Source: Peribolospora baueri
Lineage: Eukaryota
Reading direction: 5' to 3'
Assembly: GCA_029717555.1 (NCBI GenBank)
Contig: JAMDHS010000069.1
Coordinates: 62,001-114,603, forward strand
Length of the DNA: 52,603 nt
The notes beneath the pieces were generated by a model. The model did not search any database, was not told the DNA's origin, and saw nothing but the letters and a program-made list of their open reading frames with translations. A program made the position numbers and the translations under genes. Of the stretch, positions 39,175 to 51,333 are shown piece after piece (within the stretch, counting starts at the first letter, position 1; each line of letters opens with the position of its first letter).

Positions 39175-42100
39175 TCAGCAATAGCGTACACCGTTGCTTG
39201 GGCGTGGGCTCCGAAGTGGAGAGGAATGATTCTGTCAGACGATGGGTCAGCCCGCAGCATGGGGTTCATCGAGGTCCGTCAGGTCACCGTCCATCAATCA
39301 GGTAGGCGGCGGAACGGACACGCCTTGCGAGTAGACGTCCGAGCTACGACCGACGAGTGGAAGAGGCACGTACGAAGCGTCCTTACGCGGAGGTTCGAGG
39401 TCCTGATTGGACGTGGAGAATATTTTGGTCAGTTGGTCAGAGAATATCAGGATGGCGTGGAGACATGCTCGCTTACCCGTACACCTGGGCGATGGAACGG
39501 AAGTGCGCAGGACGTCCGTTCGTCAGCCTTGTATTGTGAGCCTGCGCGGGCATTACAAGCGGCACACGACGCACCTTGCAATTCGGGTCAACTACGCCAC
39601 CCTTGTCCTTGGGCAGCATTGCAACCGTTCCGATGGGGTGAAACACCGTCGACACAGTGTCGAAAATGTACTTTTCATAGCCCTTGAAGTCGACGCTAAA
39701 AATGGGGATCCGAGGAACTGATGTTAGGTTCAATCCTTCACCAGGAGCAGGAAGAAGGTAACACTCACCACTCCGGAGGCGGATCGATCCGACGGTCGAT
39801 GAAGCTTGCTATGCCTTCGTGCTTTGCAGCTCGCTCAAGATACTCTAATCCGCGCGCCACGACTTTGATGCCTGATCAAGGAAAAGGCGGATGGCGGATC
39901 GCCTTGTCTCAGATGGGGCCGCGAGGATCGAAGAAGGAAGAAGACAGTCCGCCCATCCTCAATACGACAGGGAATGTAGAACATGGAGCAAACAATCTCC
40001 CCAAGCAGAAAGCTGTGGTGAGCTGGGACGCTGGAGTCCATGGCGTCGACGGTCCCGTCCAGACGTCGGTGTCGCCCTGGACGAGCGATCTGGAGAAACC
40101 GTGGTTCGAGGCTCTCCACGAAAATGGCATGAATTACATTCAGGATGCCAATGAAGGCAACAACACGGGTATTGCGGCCTCCTTCGGTTGCGTGATCCCA
40201 AGACCGGGACGAAGGTTTCCTCGGCTTCGGTGAGAGTCGCTTCTTGTCAGGATCTCCTCATTCGGATCGTTTGCCAATCCCCATGTTTTCCCCGCGGTCG
40301 TCCTATACATCTTCCATTCAGGTCTACTACGCTCCGCATCAGGATCGTAAGAATTGCGTGTTCTCTGTGGGGCCATGGCTCAGAAAATCGAGCTGGAGCA
40401 GAGAGGCAATGTCCAGGTCGCCACTGCCGTGCGCTTCAAGTGCGGATCACATGTACACGGTCTCGGCCAAGAAAGAGGTCATTCTCTGTGCAGGTACGTC
40501 TCCAGAGCGTCCGCAATCGCATGCGGACGTCAACGTGACCAGCAGAATACTTCTCACCTTCGTGCCAGGCGCCTTCCAATCGCCTCAACTTCTGGAAGTC
40601 TCCGGTATCGGAGAAGAGAAGATTCTCCAGCCTCTGGGCGTTCAGGTTAAGGTGAACAATCCCAACGTCGGGCGAGAACTTGCAGGTGCGTCTAGGTGCC
40701 TGTGGGACTTGAGAAGACGGTGTCACACGCACGAAAAACCATCGGCTTACGGTCAGGACCTACCGGCCCGTTGATAGAACCACATATCGTCCACTACGGT
40801 GAGCAGGACAAACTTTTCTGTTGGGTTTGCTTCGCAAGGCCCTTTTCTTATGTATTCGGGAATAACGTGTCTGACTTGTGCCTCTCCGGGTTAGGAGCTA
40901 CGCTCTTCAACCAGGCTGGTGAGCGCGAATATCGTCTTGCCGTGGTCGAGCGTACCGGGACCACCGTCCGGCACCTTCTCACCAATCCCTTTCTCTTTCG
41001 GTTTCCGCTAGCCTTACTCTTGACGCCCTCAAAGTCGCCCAGGAATACGTCGAGAAAAGTGAGTTCTTTGATCCCTCTGATTCACCTTTCAGCCGCCGTT
41101 TGAGAATGTGTTATGCCTGCATAGAAGGTCTCCCTGGTTGTTTGCGTGTCTTCCATTTCTCCTTCACTTATCAACATCTCAGCGATGCGAGAGCTGGTTT
41201 TGACGAGGTCAAGAAGGAGATGCTTTCTAGCTTTTCCACGTCACTCTGCTACGCTATCCTGAAGCAAGTTGTTCAGGAGCGGAGCTTTCCACTCTGAAGG
41301 AGAGCATCCGTAAAAATCGGTTCCCTTACAAAGCCCAATAGAGCTCCAGCTGCAGGAGTTGGACGATCCTAACAAACCAGCTCTCGAGTGAGTCGTCGCA
41401 AGACCAACTCACCTATTAGTATGAGCCATCGTCTGATTATCGGTTTTGCAAAACTTCACAAATGGCTTCGGCCGTGGCTCAAATGTAATGCGCATACGTT
41501 CCCCAAAAAGATTTATCATGGCACCCGCCTACTTCCCAGCGCCCACGCCACCCATGGAAGGCCGCGCCTACGTTTCATTGATTTCTTGTTTTCAGCAACC
41601 CTTCTCGCATGGCCACGTAGTGAGTTCTCTCACTTCGTATCCTCAACTGGCGCCTGTAGTCCTCAGAGCAACGGGGATCACCTATCCGTCTGCCCGGAGC
41701 CAAGCTCATCCGAACCGATTTATATTTTCATCTCCGCTCCTCAGCACGTCACGAGTGCAGACATGTCCATTCCACCTGAGATTGTGAGTTCGTGTCTCGT
41801 ATCCATGATGACCTTGCCCGCCCCTTTTTCGTCACGAGTGGAATTTGACCACGCCTCATTTCGTGCTCGTTCAGGACATCTGCACCGGGTCTTATTGTCG
41901 AGACGCGGTAAAGAGCGTCTCCCAGTTCCACCCGGGATTTCCCAATTTTTCGAAGTCTGCGCGAGAGACGTGCAGTTGTGAGGTGGCTCAGAGCTGGATC
42001 GGAGCCGCAAGCTCCTCAGAAAAGGGCGAACCTACCGTCATATTCTCTCTTGGCACCTCGCTGCCACTTCCTTCCCCGCAAGAGAAAGTGTCGGGCAATC

Positions 42101-42545
42101 AGTCAGTCTGATTCCCTTCCCAAGATCCTATTAACAACTCACGATAAGGAAGTTGACTGTAGGGATAAAGATGAAAGGAGAGGAGGCTAATGGGTCACAA
42201 AGATGTTATATGTAAGGTCAGCCAACACAGACCGAGTGACCGCTTGGAGTGCATAGCTTGGACCGTTGTCTTCCTGCAAGAAGAACGGTTGGCGACGGCC
42301 TTGCAGCAGCGCATTGACAGAGGACTCACTGGCGGAGCTCAAATTTGGGTCATGCAACCTGAACAGGCGATGATCGATATGGGCGACGAGGCCGTGACGG
42401 TCATCATTTCCGAGTCACGCCCACAAAGCGTAAAATGCGTGAGCACTTGGACGAACAGCGCGGAGAACAGAACAAGGACTGGCCCGGGATCGTGATTTTC
42501 GGGTCTTCGGGCGCCCACTGGCCGGTTTCAAGCACGCCGACGCTG
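39175..42545 (-). pseudogene. GMC oxidoreductase (AA3 alcohol/aryl-alcohol oxidase-like) pseudogene; N- and C-terminal exons on the minus strand, middle exons inverted
   Basis: Minus strand, right side: VGVLETGQWAPEDPKITIPG (~42483-42542), WQRGAKREYD (~42036-42066), FEKLGNPGWNWETLF (~41900-41957). Minus strand, left side: KVVARGLEYLERAAKHEGIASFI, STVFHPIGTVAMLPKDKGGVVDPNCKV|VYG|TSNLRV.DAS|IIPLHFGAHAQATVYAIAE. Contains frameshifts and stops. Confidence 0.85.
39950..41790 (+). pseudogene. Inverted internal segment of the GMC oxidoreductase pseudogene
   Basis: Plus strand, in the normal order: HGVDGPVQTS, DANEGNNTG, YYAPHQDRKN, AKKEVILCAG|AFQSPQLLEVSGIG, NPNVG(+1 frameshift)ENLQ, QQPFSHGHV|HVTSADMSIPPEI. 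Confidence 0.82.
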
Positions 42546-42907
42546 CAGTGGCATAGGAAAAGGGGATTATAGACCGAAAGCTTTCCAGGGCGTTAATGTC
42601 ACCCCGTCGTGTCCTGACTCGCCGGCTGTCCCTCTGGTTTCGCAGATTGACCATAATGGTTCTCGCTATCTGCATCATGCAATTCGTAGGTGGATGGGGT
42701 GTCCATAACCCGAGCGAGGAGGGTGGCGATCGGGCACGAGCGCCGTGACATTCATACCTTCAACACAGCTTCCAGCCGCGCTACCTTGCGCATCATCATC
42801 CTCATCCTCATCCTAATCCTAATCCTAATCTTCAAAGGTCGAAATTAGATTCTATAAACTTGGAGATTCCCTCTTCGTCCTCATTGAGTGCCATATGGAT
42901 GTAATCT

Positions 42908-43317
42908 TCAATCTTGGTTATGGTAGGCAACTTGGCCCGCCAAGCGTCGCTGTACACCAAGTAATGTAGAGGCTCGTTCTTGTAGTATTTGGGTTACGAG
43001 GTAGTCGTCAATCACGGCGTCGTCGTCGTCCGGGAGCGGAGTTCCCTCCATCTTCTCCAGTACATGAATTCGTAGCGCCCACCGACCGTTCCAAGACGAT
43101 ATACCTCTGGCACTGGAATGGCCGTATTTTCCTTGATGAATCGTACCGCTCCCGCGTAGTTTTTGTGAGCCTCTATGTCAAGGTGAACCTTGCCGTTTTC
43201 GACGACGTCCTGCACGCATAAAACCTGACTGCCGACCACGGAAACGGCCCTTGCACTGTGATTCTTGTAAACCTCCTCGCCCGGGCTCAGCTCGGCTGGC
43301 CAGCTGCCGCCCTCCAT
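42908..43317 (-). pseudogene. Aminoglycoside-phosphotransferase/kinase-like (APH family) N-lobe fragment, frameshifted
   Basis: AGAVRFIKENTAIPVPEVYRLG...YEF, then after a frameshift VLEKMEGTPL. This is the typical EA..M.FI...T.IPVP.VY...Y.VME...G.PL pattern. No HGDL catalytic loop is seen. Confidence 0.65.
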
Positions 43318-45510
43318 TGCAGTTTCCGGCTGCCGTGGAGAGCAAGGCATGACAGAACAAGTTTGTGTATGAGATCGAGACCGACACGAGAGAATAGGCC
43401 GCGAAGCAGCACGACGAGGTTTGGTTGAGCAAAGGGCAAACGGAAGTGCGGATGGAAGCGCATTTAGCAGCAGACTTACGGTTGCGCTGCCGTGTTTTCG
43501 CGAAAGAGAGTGAGATTGGAAGGGTACCCAAAACGGCGAGCAAATTGGTGCTGGTGGTGGCGGCTTCGAGAAGGACAAGGACAAGGGGAAGAGAAAAAAG
43601 GGGGAGAGGGAGAGAGGAAGACTGACACGAGGCCCACCTCGTGGTCGAGTTATGTATGGTCCTTCGTCTGAGACGTCACGCGGCCCCGCAAGGACAAACA
43701 AAGGCCAGGACCAGGCCGACGCTCGACAGGAAGCCGAGTCAGCTCATTCTGAAAAAAACTTAATATTTCGGCCCACTTCCGAACAGGGAAGCTCAGATGG
43801 GCTGGTCTGTAGACAGACAGGTGCTGTCTGCCGAAGCCAAGCGAGCCAAATTTTAATAAGGCAGGATCGGGGGACTTAATCATGGGCAACCAAACGAGTC
43901 GCCTTTGAACCCAAAACAAGCGAAACCTTGTCGATAAGGACCAAGTTAACTAAGCAAGCCGCCCATAATGTTAAAAGAAATGACGTCATCGTAGCTGAGA
44001 GCGCTCTCCCCAGTCCTGCTTCCTGCTTCATTGGCACCGTCCGACCGGCCAACGATTATTAGGCACTTGGACCATTCTTCATATCGCTCCAGCAGCGCAC
44101 TTTTGCCGCAAGCCTTGCTACATATTCCAGGCAGCTCGAGGCGTGTCTTGTCGCTCCGGCTTTCCTTTCCGTCCGCAACTCAAGTTGGTGCCACCATGTC
44201 GTCCCTGTCGCAAGCACCGTAGAGAGAGGCGCACAGTCCGACGAATAAGGTTGGACATACGAGTGCCTTTGCGCGGGGAGGTCCGAGCTTGGGTCGGCAC
44301 AGCTCCGTACTCGTACTTCTCTGCCCTAGCTTTGCCAAAGTCGCCGGTGATGAGGAGGACGGAGAAAAGAAAGATGTTGGTGGGGAGAGGGAAAAAGGCA
44401 TATAAATGCAGAGTACACCTCTTCGCTACCATCCTTCCATCCCGCCCAGCCCTCTTCGCCCACCCTTTTTCTAAGCCGAGAATTATTTTTCCACCTTCAG
44501 CATGTTGTTCACCAAGCATAGCACGACCAAGGCACCTGAGGGCCAGCTAAGCGCCGTGCAGATGATCGTGGGTTGAACTCGGTCTCTTGTCAAAGGTGGA
44601 AAATGCTACTCGCTTCAATCGCCATAGAGCCTACATCAAAACTTATTTTCCATTTTTCTGTCAATTGCATACATCAAATTCACAGATCGAGAGGCGGCTT
44701 TTCAAGAGTTACAGGTGCCCGTATTGTGGCGCGATGGTTGACGTGGGCGACGCAAAGACACACAAGTGCAAAAAATAAGGAACTGGCGCTTTTCAGCGGA
44801 AGGCTTCTGTCGAATACAACCCAAAGAGATCAAAGAGATGGCCTCGTCAGAGAGGAATTCGAGTGCCCGAAATTTGTACTGACATTTCTATTTCTTCGTG
44901 TTTGGCTCCCTGATCGTGCCTCGACGCTTCTCGAGAGTTGAAAGACAACGTGTGAAACTGTTGTAATGGTGCCAACGAGCGGAATGGTAGCAAAATAGAT
45001 GATATTCCTCGGTGATGGGTGGCCAGCGTGGCAACAAGGGAGCTCGGCGAGCCCCGGCACGCGGCCTAGTCTACACGTAATCGGTTGCTACATGGGTAAA
45101 TCCGGGCCCCTAGGTGCCCTCACAGAGTGGCCGGTCACATCACATCCCCCCCTTGAAAAGCGTCGTCCCGGGCGCTTGGTTTTGATAAGGCTTCCCGTCA
45201 AGAACAGTTCGAAGGCGATAACTTCACTTGCGGCGTCTGCCTTGAGCACAAGAAAGGAGCTCAGAGGGCCGGACAGACGAGAGGACGTAGTGTGGCGGTA
45301 TAGGAAGGCAGCAGGGGAGAAAGATGAAAAGATAAGGAGCGTCTAAAGAGTAGAGTAGGCATGGCGGGAAAAGGAGCGTGGCGGCGCCCCCAGACGGCGC
45401 ACGACTTCGATTCGGCCACGCTGAAAAAAAAGAAAGGGCGAGCGAGCACCGGGACGGAGGAGAAGAAAGAAAGAGAGCCAATTCGAGGCCGGCCCGCTCG
45501 ACGAGCGCGT

Positions 45511-48500
45511 CTAAGCTTGCGTCAGACCGTGCAGGCTGGCGGGAGGCTTCCAGAAGCGCAAGCTCAATGCGTTGAGCACGACGCTGATGCTGCTGAGGGC
45601 CATGGCCAAAGCGCTCCAGGTCGGGCTGAGCTTCACGCCGCCGTCACCGAGGCCCATGAACACGCCAGCGGCGAGAGGGACGCAGATGGCGTTGAAGACG
45701 ACGGCCCAGACAAAGTTGGACAGGACCTTGTTCTGCGTCGCGCGGGAGAGGTGAAACAGAATGGGCAAGCTGACCAACGGCGCCGAGCGCGACATGAGGA
45801 CGAAGTCGGCGGAGGAGCAGGCGGCCGCGGAGCCGGCTACGAGGGCGATGCTGATGTCGGCTTGCGTGAGGGCCGGTGCATCGTTGATACCGTCGCCGAC
45901 TGATCGATGAAAGCGAGCGAATGAAGATGAGCTTTCTAGCCACCTCGCACGGAGTCTTTTATTTTATTTTATTTTTGAGTTCTAGAGGCGACGACCGGCG
46001 ACAAATTCGTTCACTCACCGAACGCGACGAGCGGACCGCGGTCGTAAGACTTCCTCCCAGGGAGCAAGCGCGACCATCGGCTGCGCTCGCGTGCGACGAG
46101 GTCCTCGCCGGCGACCTGCAGGCTCGCGACCTTGTCCCGCTTGCCGACCGGTAGGACACCAGCCACCACCCGACTGGGTTCGATTCCGACCTCGGCCGCC
46201 ACGGCGCTCGCCGTGACCGCGTTGTCGCCGGTGACCATCCAGCATTCCGCTCCCATGACCGATCTCAGGTGATAGACGATGCCGGCGCTCTCGGCGCGGA
46301 TGCGGTCTGCGGCGCTCACCACGGCGGCCACCTGGACACGGTCGTGGTCGACCGGCTGTCGAAGGGATCGCGTGGCGATGAAAAGGACCGACTTCGCTTC
46401 CTCTTGCCACCGTCGGACCGCTGCGCCCAGCGGAGATCCTTCAGGCAGGCTGGCTCCGGCCTCTTCGATCAAACCGCGGTTGCCGATCCAGATCTCATGC
46501 TGACCGTCCACCTCTTCGCGGTCGGACCGGACGAGGACGACGGCGCGAACGCCTTTGCCGGGCAGCTCGTCGAAACTGATAAGGGAGAGGTCGTCCGGCG
46601 ATGGATCGACGTCCGCCTTCGACCGCGAGTGCCGAGAGAGCGCCTGGCCTAGCGGATGTGTACTGTTTTGCTCCACGAGATCGACGGCGGCCCAAAGAAG
46701 CGGTCGAACGGCGTCGTCGTTCCAAGGAGACGCGCTGACGGGAAAAAGGAATGACGAAAGAGGAACGAAAGAAAGCGGGGGGTCAATGGCGATCCGAGGT
46801 CGGTCTCGGCTTCGAAGATCAGAGAGACATTCTGGGTATGTGACCACTCACACCATCACGTCCACGATCTCGATCTCGTTCCCGTGGGTTATGGTTCCGG
46901 TCTTGTCAAAGACGACGACGAGTTTGCGAGCGCCGCCGACGGCAGAAGCGGCCGTCTGGAACGCTTCTCCGCCGCCGTGAACGAGGATACCGCGAGAGGA
47001 CGCGAGCCCGATACCGACCATCTGCGCAGTTGGAGCGGCGAGACCTGGAAGATCGGTCGTCGAGGGACGCGAGGGAACGTCCACGTCAGTCTCTCTGAGT
47101 CGCACACAGACTTTCCCACTCGTCAAGGAAATCCCCGGGAATTCTCACCGATGCCGCATGGGCACGCGACGACGCAGACGGCGACGGCGAACTCGAGCGC
47201 GAACAGCAAGCGAGCGCCGCTCTTGCCTCCATGGCTCTCGATCCAATCAGCGCTGAGCACGCCGTACGCCAACCCGAGCCAGACGATGAGGGTGACGAGC
47301 GCGACTCCGACGATGACCGGCACGAAGTAGGCCGTGACGCGATCGGCCAGACGCTCGATGCTGGCCTTTCGCCCGGAGAAGCGCACGGCTTCGAGGACGG
47401 AGTCGAGCATGTTGCCGCCCGGGAGGCAGGCGACCCGAGCGGCGACCGACGTTCTGGAGGCATTGACGGTGCCCACGTAAACCATCTCCCCGACCTTTTT
47501 GCCCACAGGCTTGGACTCTCCCGTAAGCGAAGATTCGTCGAACTCGCCGACGGGCCCGTCTCTCGCTCGTCCGCTCGCGTCGTCCAAGGCCTGGACGGAG
47601 TCCTCGGGGCTTGACGCTAGCACAGAGTCGAGAGGAGGCGACGCTCCAGGCGGGATGAGGACGTGGTCTCCGATCTCTAAGAGATCGACGGAGATCTCCT
47701 CGCCGCGACCGTCTCTGCCGAGAAGAATGCCCGTCCGGGGGCGCAAGTCGCCGAGCTTCATAGGGTGGACGCGCGGCGCGAAGCGTAGAGCAAGCGCAGA
47801 GAGGGGCGTCAGCGATTCCGTAGACGGTCACATAGCCGGGCAAACCGTCGAGACCTACCATTTCGACGGCGTCGCCCGTACGGCGCTTGCTCCAAGCCTC
47901 GAGCACGCGCCCCATGATAATGAAAAAGAGGAGGAAGACGCTGGCATCGAAGTAGCTCATGTCACCTACCGGCTCGCCCGGGGGTGGGGCGGGGGATCTG
48001 GCGTCTATGATGAGGAACGCCAGCGAAGATAAATACGCGACGCTCGTTCCGATGGCGACCAGCCAGTTCATGTCACCCCACATGAACAACCTGCGGCGCC
48101 ATATCTCCGCTTTGCGGCCGCCGCTGTTCCGCCAAAGAGCGCGAAAGTTATGCCAGACTCGCGTGTAAAAGAAGAAGCCGACACCGAACTGGACGGGAGT
48201 GGTGAGAGCGAAAAGGACGAAGTTGAGCTTGCTGGCTCCGCCGACGATCGGTGTCATAAGCGACGTTCGGAAGCGGTTCGACTGTGGAAGTCGCGGCGCG
48301 ATGATGGCCACGACAAGTGTCGGAATGGCAAAGAGCGCCGAAAGCAGAAAGCGAACGGAGAGACTCCGAAGCTCGCGCGCGCGAATTTGTCGGGCGTACG
48401 ACTCGAGCCGAAGCGGGGCGACAGGGGAGGCAGTGAAGGTGGTGTTTTCCTCCGTCGAGACGGCGGCGACGGCGTCCAGAAAGGTACGGATGGTCAACCC

Positions 48501-50298
48501 TGCCGGCTGATGAGGCGTGTAGGTAACGTGGAATTCGGGATTGTCTACACGAAAAGCGGAGAAGTCGAACTGGACCGGATACTCCTCAAACAAACGGTCC
48601 AGCTCTTTCGCTATCTCGGCGGGGCAAGCCCTGGGGAGCAAGCGACACAAAGGCGCGAACGCGAAAGCGGTGGGGCGTGAGCGACGTCGGCGTCCCAGCG
48701 TCGAAAATCGTGGAGAGAGGGACGCACTTGCAGAATATGCCGTTCACCGCGATGGTCGCCGTCCGCTGGTCGGCCTCCGGCGAGCCGTCGCCGGCGACGC
48801 GATCGGGCTCGAACTTGACGATCTCCGCTTCGTATCCGGCCTCCTCGATCGCCCTGCGGAGCCTTTCGGCGTGTTCGCGGCTTGACACCAGGGCCGACGC
48901 CGCGTTGGAGAGGAGGAAAACCTTGAATGAGCGAACGCTGTCCCCTGTGTCGCCTGCTGCGTGAGGATCGAGAGACAGGATGGAGGAAGTTATGCTGCTG
49001 ACGCACGAGGCGCACGCTAGAGGGGAGAAAAGGCGTAAAAAGGAAGAACGGAGGTAGCGTGGTGAAGCGCTTCGTGGCCAGAAGATCGATCGACCGTACT
49101 CACTCATCCCGCCGACGGAAAGGCCGACCTGGTACCAGCTGGGCTTTGGATCACGGGCGCGAACGGCGATGCGCTCCCTTTCCTTGCGGACGACTTTTGC
49201 GCCGTAGCCTGCGTCCTCAACCGCCTGTCGGACATGTTCGATGGCGGCGGTGTCCGCGATGATGGCGCGAGCCGAGTTGGCCAGCAGGTTGACGGAAAAG
49301 TCGCCGACGGTGGAGATGGAGGGAAGAGACTGGATGGAAGACGTGATGGCGGACGCGCAAGAGGCGCAAGCTAACGAAGGGGCGACACCACGCGACCGAC
49401 GGTGAGCGAGCGCCCGCTGTGGCGAAAGGGAAGGTGAGATGAGGACGAAGTCGGTTCGACGCCCACGGCTCACTCATTCCCTCCACGGCAAAGTCTACCA
49501 CCCAAGGCCCGTACGCAACGGTGGCGTCTCCATTCGCTGTCGCCTCTCCTTCCACGTCCGACCTGTCCTTATCCACCGAGGGGGTTTTCACATCGCGGGC
49601 GCCGTCGACGTCCAAAGTGGCGACGCAGGCGCGAGCAGCGTCCTCAAGGTCGTCGCCTGCAATGGCCTCTGCCTGTGATCCGTGGTCGTCGAGGCCTTGG
49701 CGACACAAGGTGCAAGCCAGACGATGGCGCGCCTCGCGGGCGCGAGCTTCTCGGCGCTGCGGCGAGACGGAGTCTGCGATGCGACCGACGAACGTGGAGA
49801 AGAGTCCTTTTTGTGCGGCCGAGGTGCTCGGCGGAGACGTTCCCGGGCTCGCGGAGACGGCGGTCAGACCGCCTTCGGGGTCGGCGGTGTCGATGGAGTA
49901 GCCACCATGCTGGAGAGCGCGCACGACCTGTCGAGCGATGGGACTGTCATCCTCTTTTCCGGCGGATCGGAACGTCTTCTTGCGGGAACTTGGATCGGAA
50001 GACGAGTTGGGGGCGACGGGGTGCACGAAGGTGATGGTCTGGTCGGCGTAGGAGACGGCGACATGAGAGATGGCGGAGGAGAGGGGGAGCGAGGAGATGA
50101 GGTCCTCGATGTGTGCGACGCACGACGGACAATGAATGTCCGGGCCTGGGGAGAGGCGACGATGGAAAAGCGACGCAACGAGTTGGGTGTGTCAACGCAC
50201 GAGCAGCGGCGGACTGCGAGCGCCGAGAAGAGTGGAACGTCGGAGAGTAGGGACTCACAGACGAGCGTCGTGCGTCGTGTTTCTTGGGGCCCGTCCAT
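45511..50298 (-). CDS. P1B-type heavy-metal-transporting ATPase, most likely Cu(I), with several N-terminal HMA domains; multi-exon
   Basis: HCPSC, GM|.CASCA, GGM|.CASCV and GIFC..C metal-binding motifs; [18 protein letters not shown] (CPC); [47 protein letters not shown]. Confidence 0.95.
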
Positions 50299-50898
50299 GG
50301 TCGGTGGGCGCTTCACGAGGCAGAGGACGAAACGGATGCAGAAAGCTGGCTGGTGGCGATCCGATCTGGCGGATCGGGGATCTTATCTGATCGGGACCGC
50401 GGGGCGACCACGGACGACACGAATCGAGCTCGGAAGGCGACGCGGTTGGTCGGTCAAAGTCGCCGACTGAGTCGGTGGGTTGCTCGGCGGAGGAGGGAAG
50501 ACGGAGAGGCAGACAGGCGAGGAGCGATGTTGTTTTTCTGGTATTTTTTTATATGTCTTGAGCCCGCCACCGCGCCCGTCCGCCGCCCGCCGTCGTCTCG
50601 GTGTGTCCTACGGCCTGCCGGTCGGTCAGCTGTGCAGGGGGACAAACGCCGCGCGAAAACCGCGCACGAGGAACGGAAGCGATGCGGAGGAAAGGACGGA
50701 GAGGAAAAGCCAAATGAAGCGCGCTAATTTAAATGTCCTCTTTCCTTCTTCATCGATCGGATTTCCCCGGACGTCGGGCGGCACACACACCCTGACTGAC
50801 GTCCATTCGCCTTGCTACCACGATAACCACCATCCCCGTCCCCCTCCACTCGACATCGCACACGCTCGCGCTTCTGTTGACCGCCTTCCTTCGAAGCC

Positions 50899-51333
50899 AT
50901 GTCCGAGGCCGTCACTACCCCCCTTCCCCGCACCCCGCCCTGCGGCGCCAATCCGCACGCCTTGGACACGTTGATGTTCCCCGCCATCATCGATCGGACC
51001 GCCATGGTCGAATAGCGCTGTCGCGCTACCGGGGCCGTCGTCAGGCTCACCATCCACCCAACCCACGTCGGCGCCGTAGAACCGCCGACCGTCGTCTTCC
51101 CCGAGTCCTGGACCTCTCTGCGGTCCGCTTTCTGCGACCGAGTCCACTTCTTTGCATCTGCCGACGCCGCAGCGTCATGGTCCGCCGAGCACCCGGGAAC
51201 GACCATCGTGCCGGTCGACGAATCGTTCGTCCTCGGTCAACGACTCGTCGACGCGCTGCTCGACACCACTGGCGCGGCCGGATGCTGTGGACAGCCGTCG
51301 TCTGCCTGCCTCACCAGTCTGTCTCCCAGGTGA
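50899..51333 (+). pseudogene. merB: Organomercurial (alkylmercury) lyase MerB-like relic; intronless, N-terminally deleted, one in-frame stop
   Basis: Frame from ATG 50899: ...PHALDTLMFPAIIDRTAMVE*RCRATGAVVRLTIHPTHVGAVEPPTVVFPESWTSLRSAFCDRVHFFASADAAASWSAEHPGTTIVPVDESFVLGQRLVDALL...GCCG. Colinear with the bacterial MerB core [34 protein letters not shown]...VEP...FCCHVHFFAS...AFGLG. TAG at 51013-51015. Confidence 0.88.

Noticed and set aside
51013..51015. In-frame TAG in merB as programmed recoding (readthrough or pyrrolysine)
   Set aside because: The gene also lacks the catalytic Cys and N-terminal domain, and the codon falls at a Ser position (TCG>TAG), so ordinary decay is simpler.
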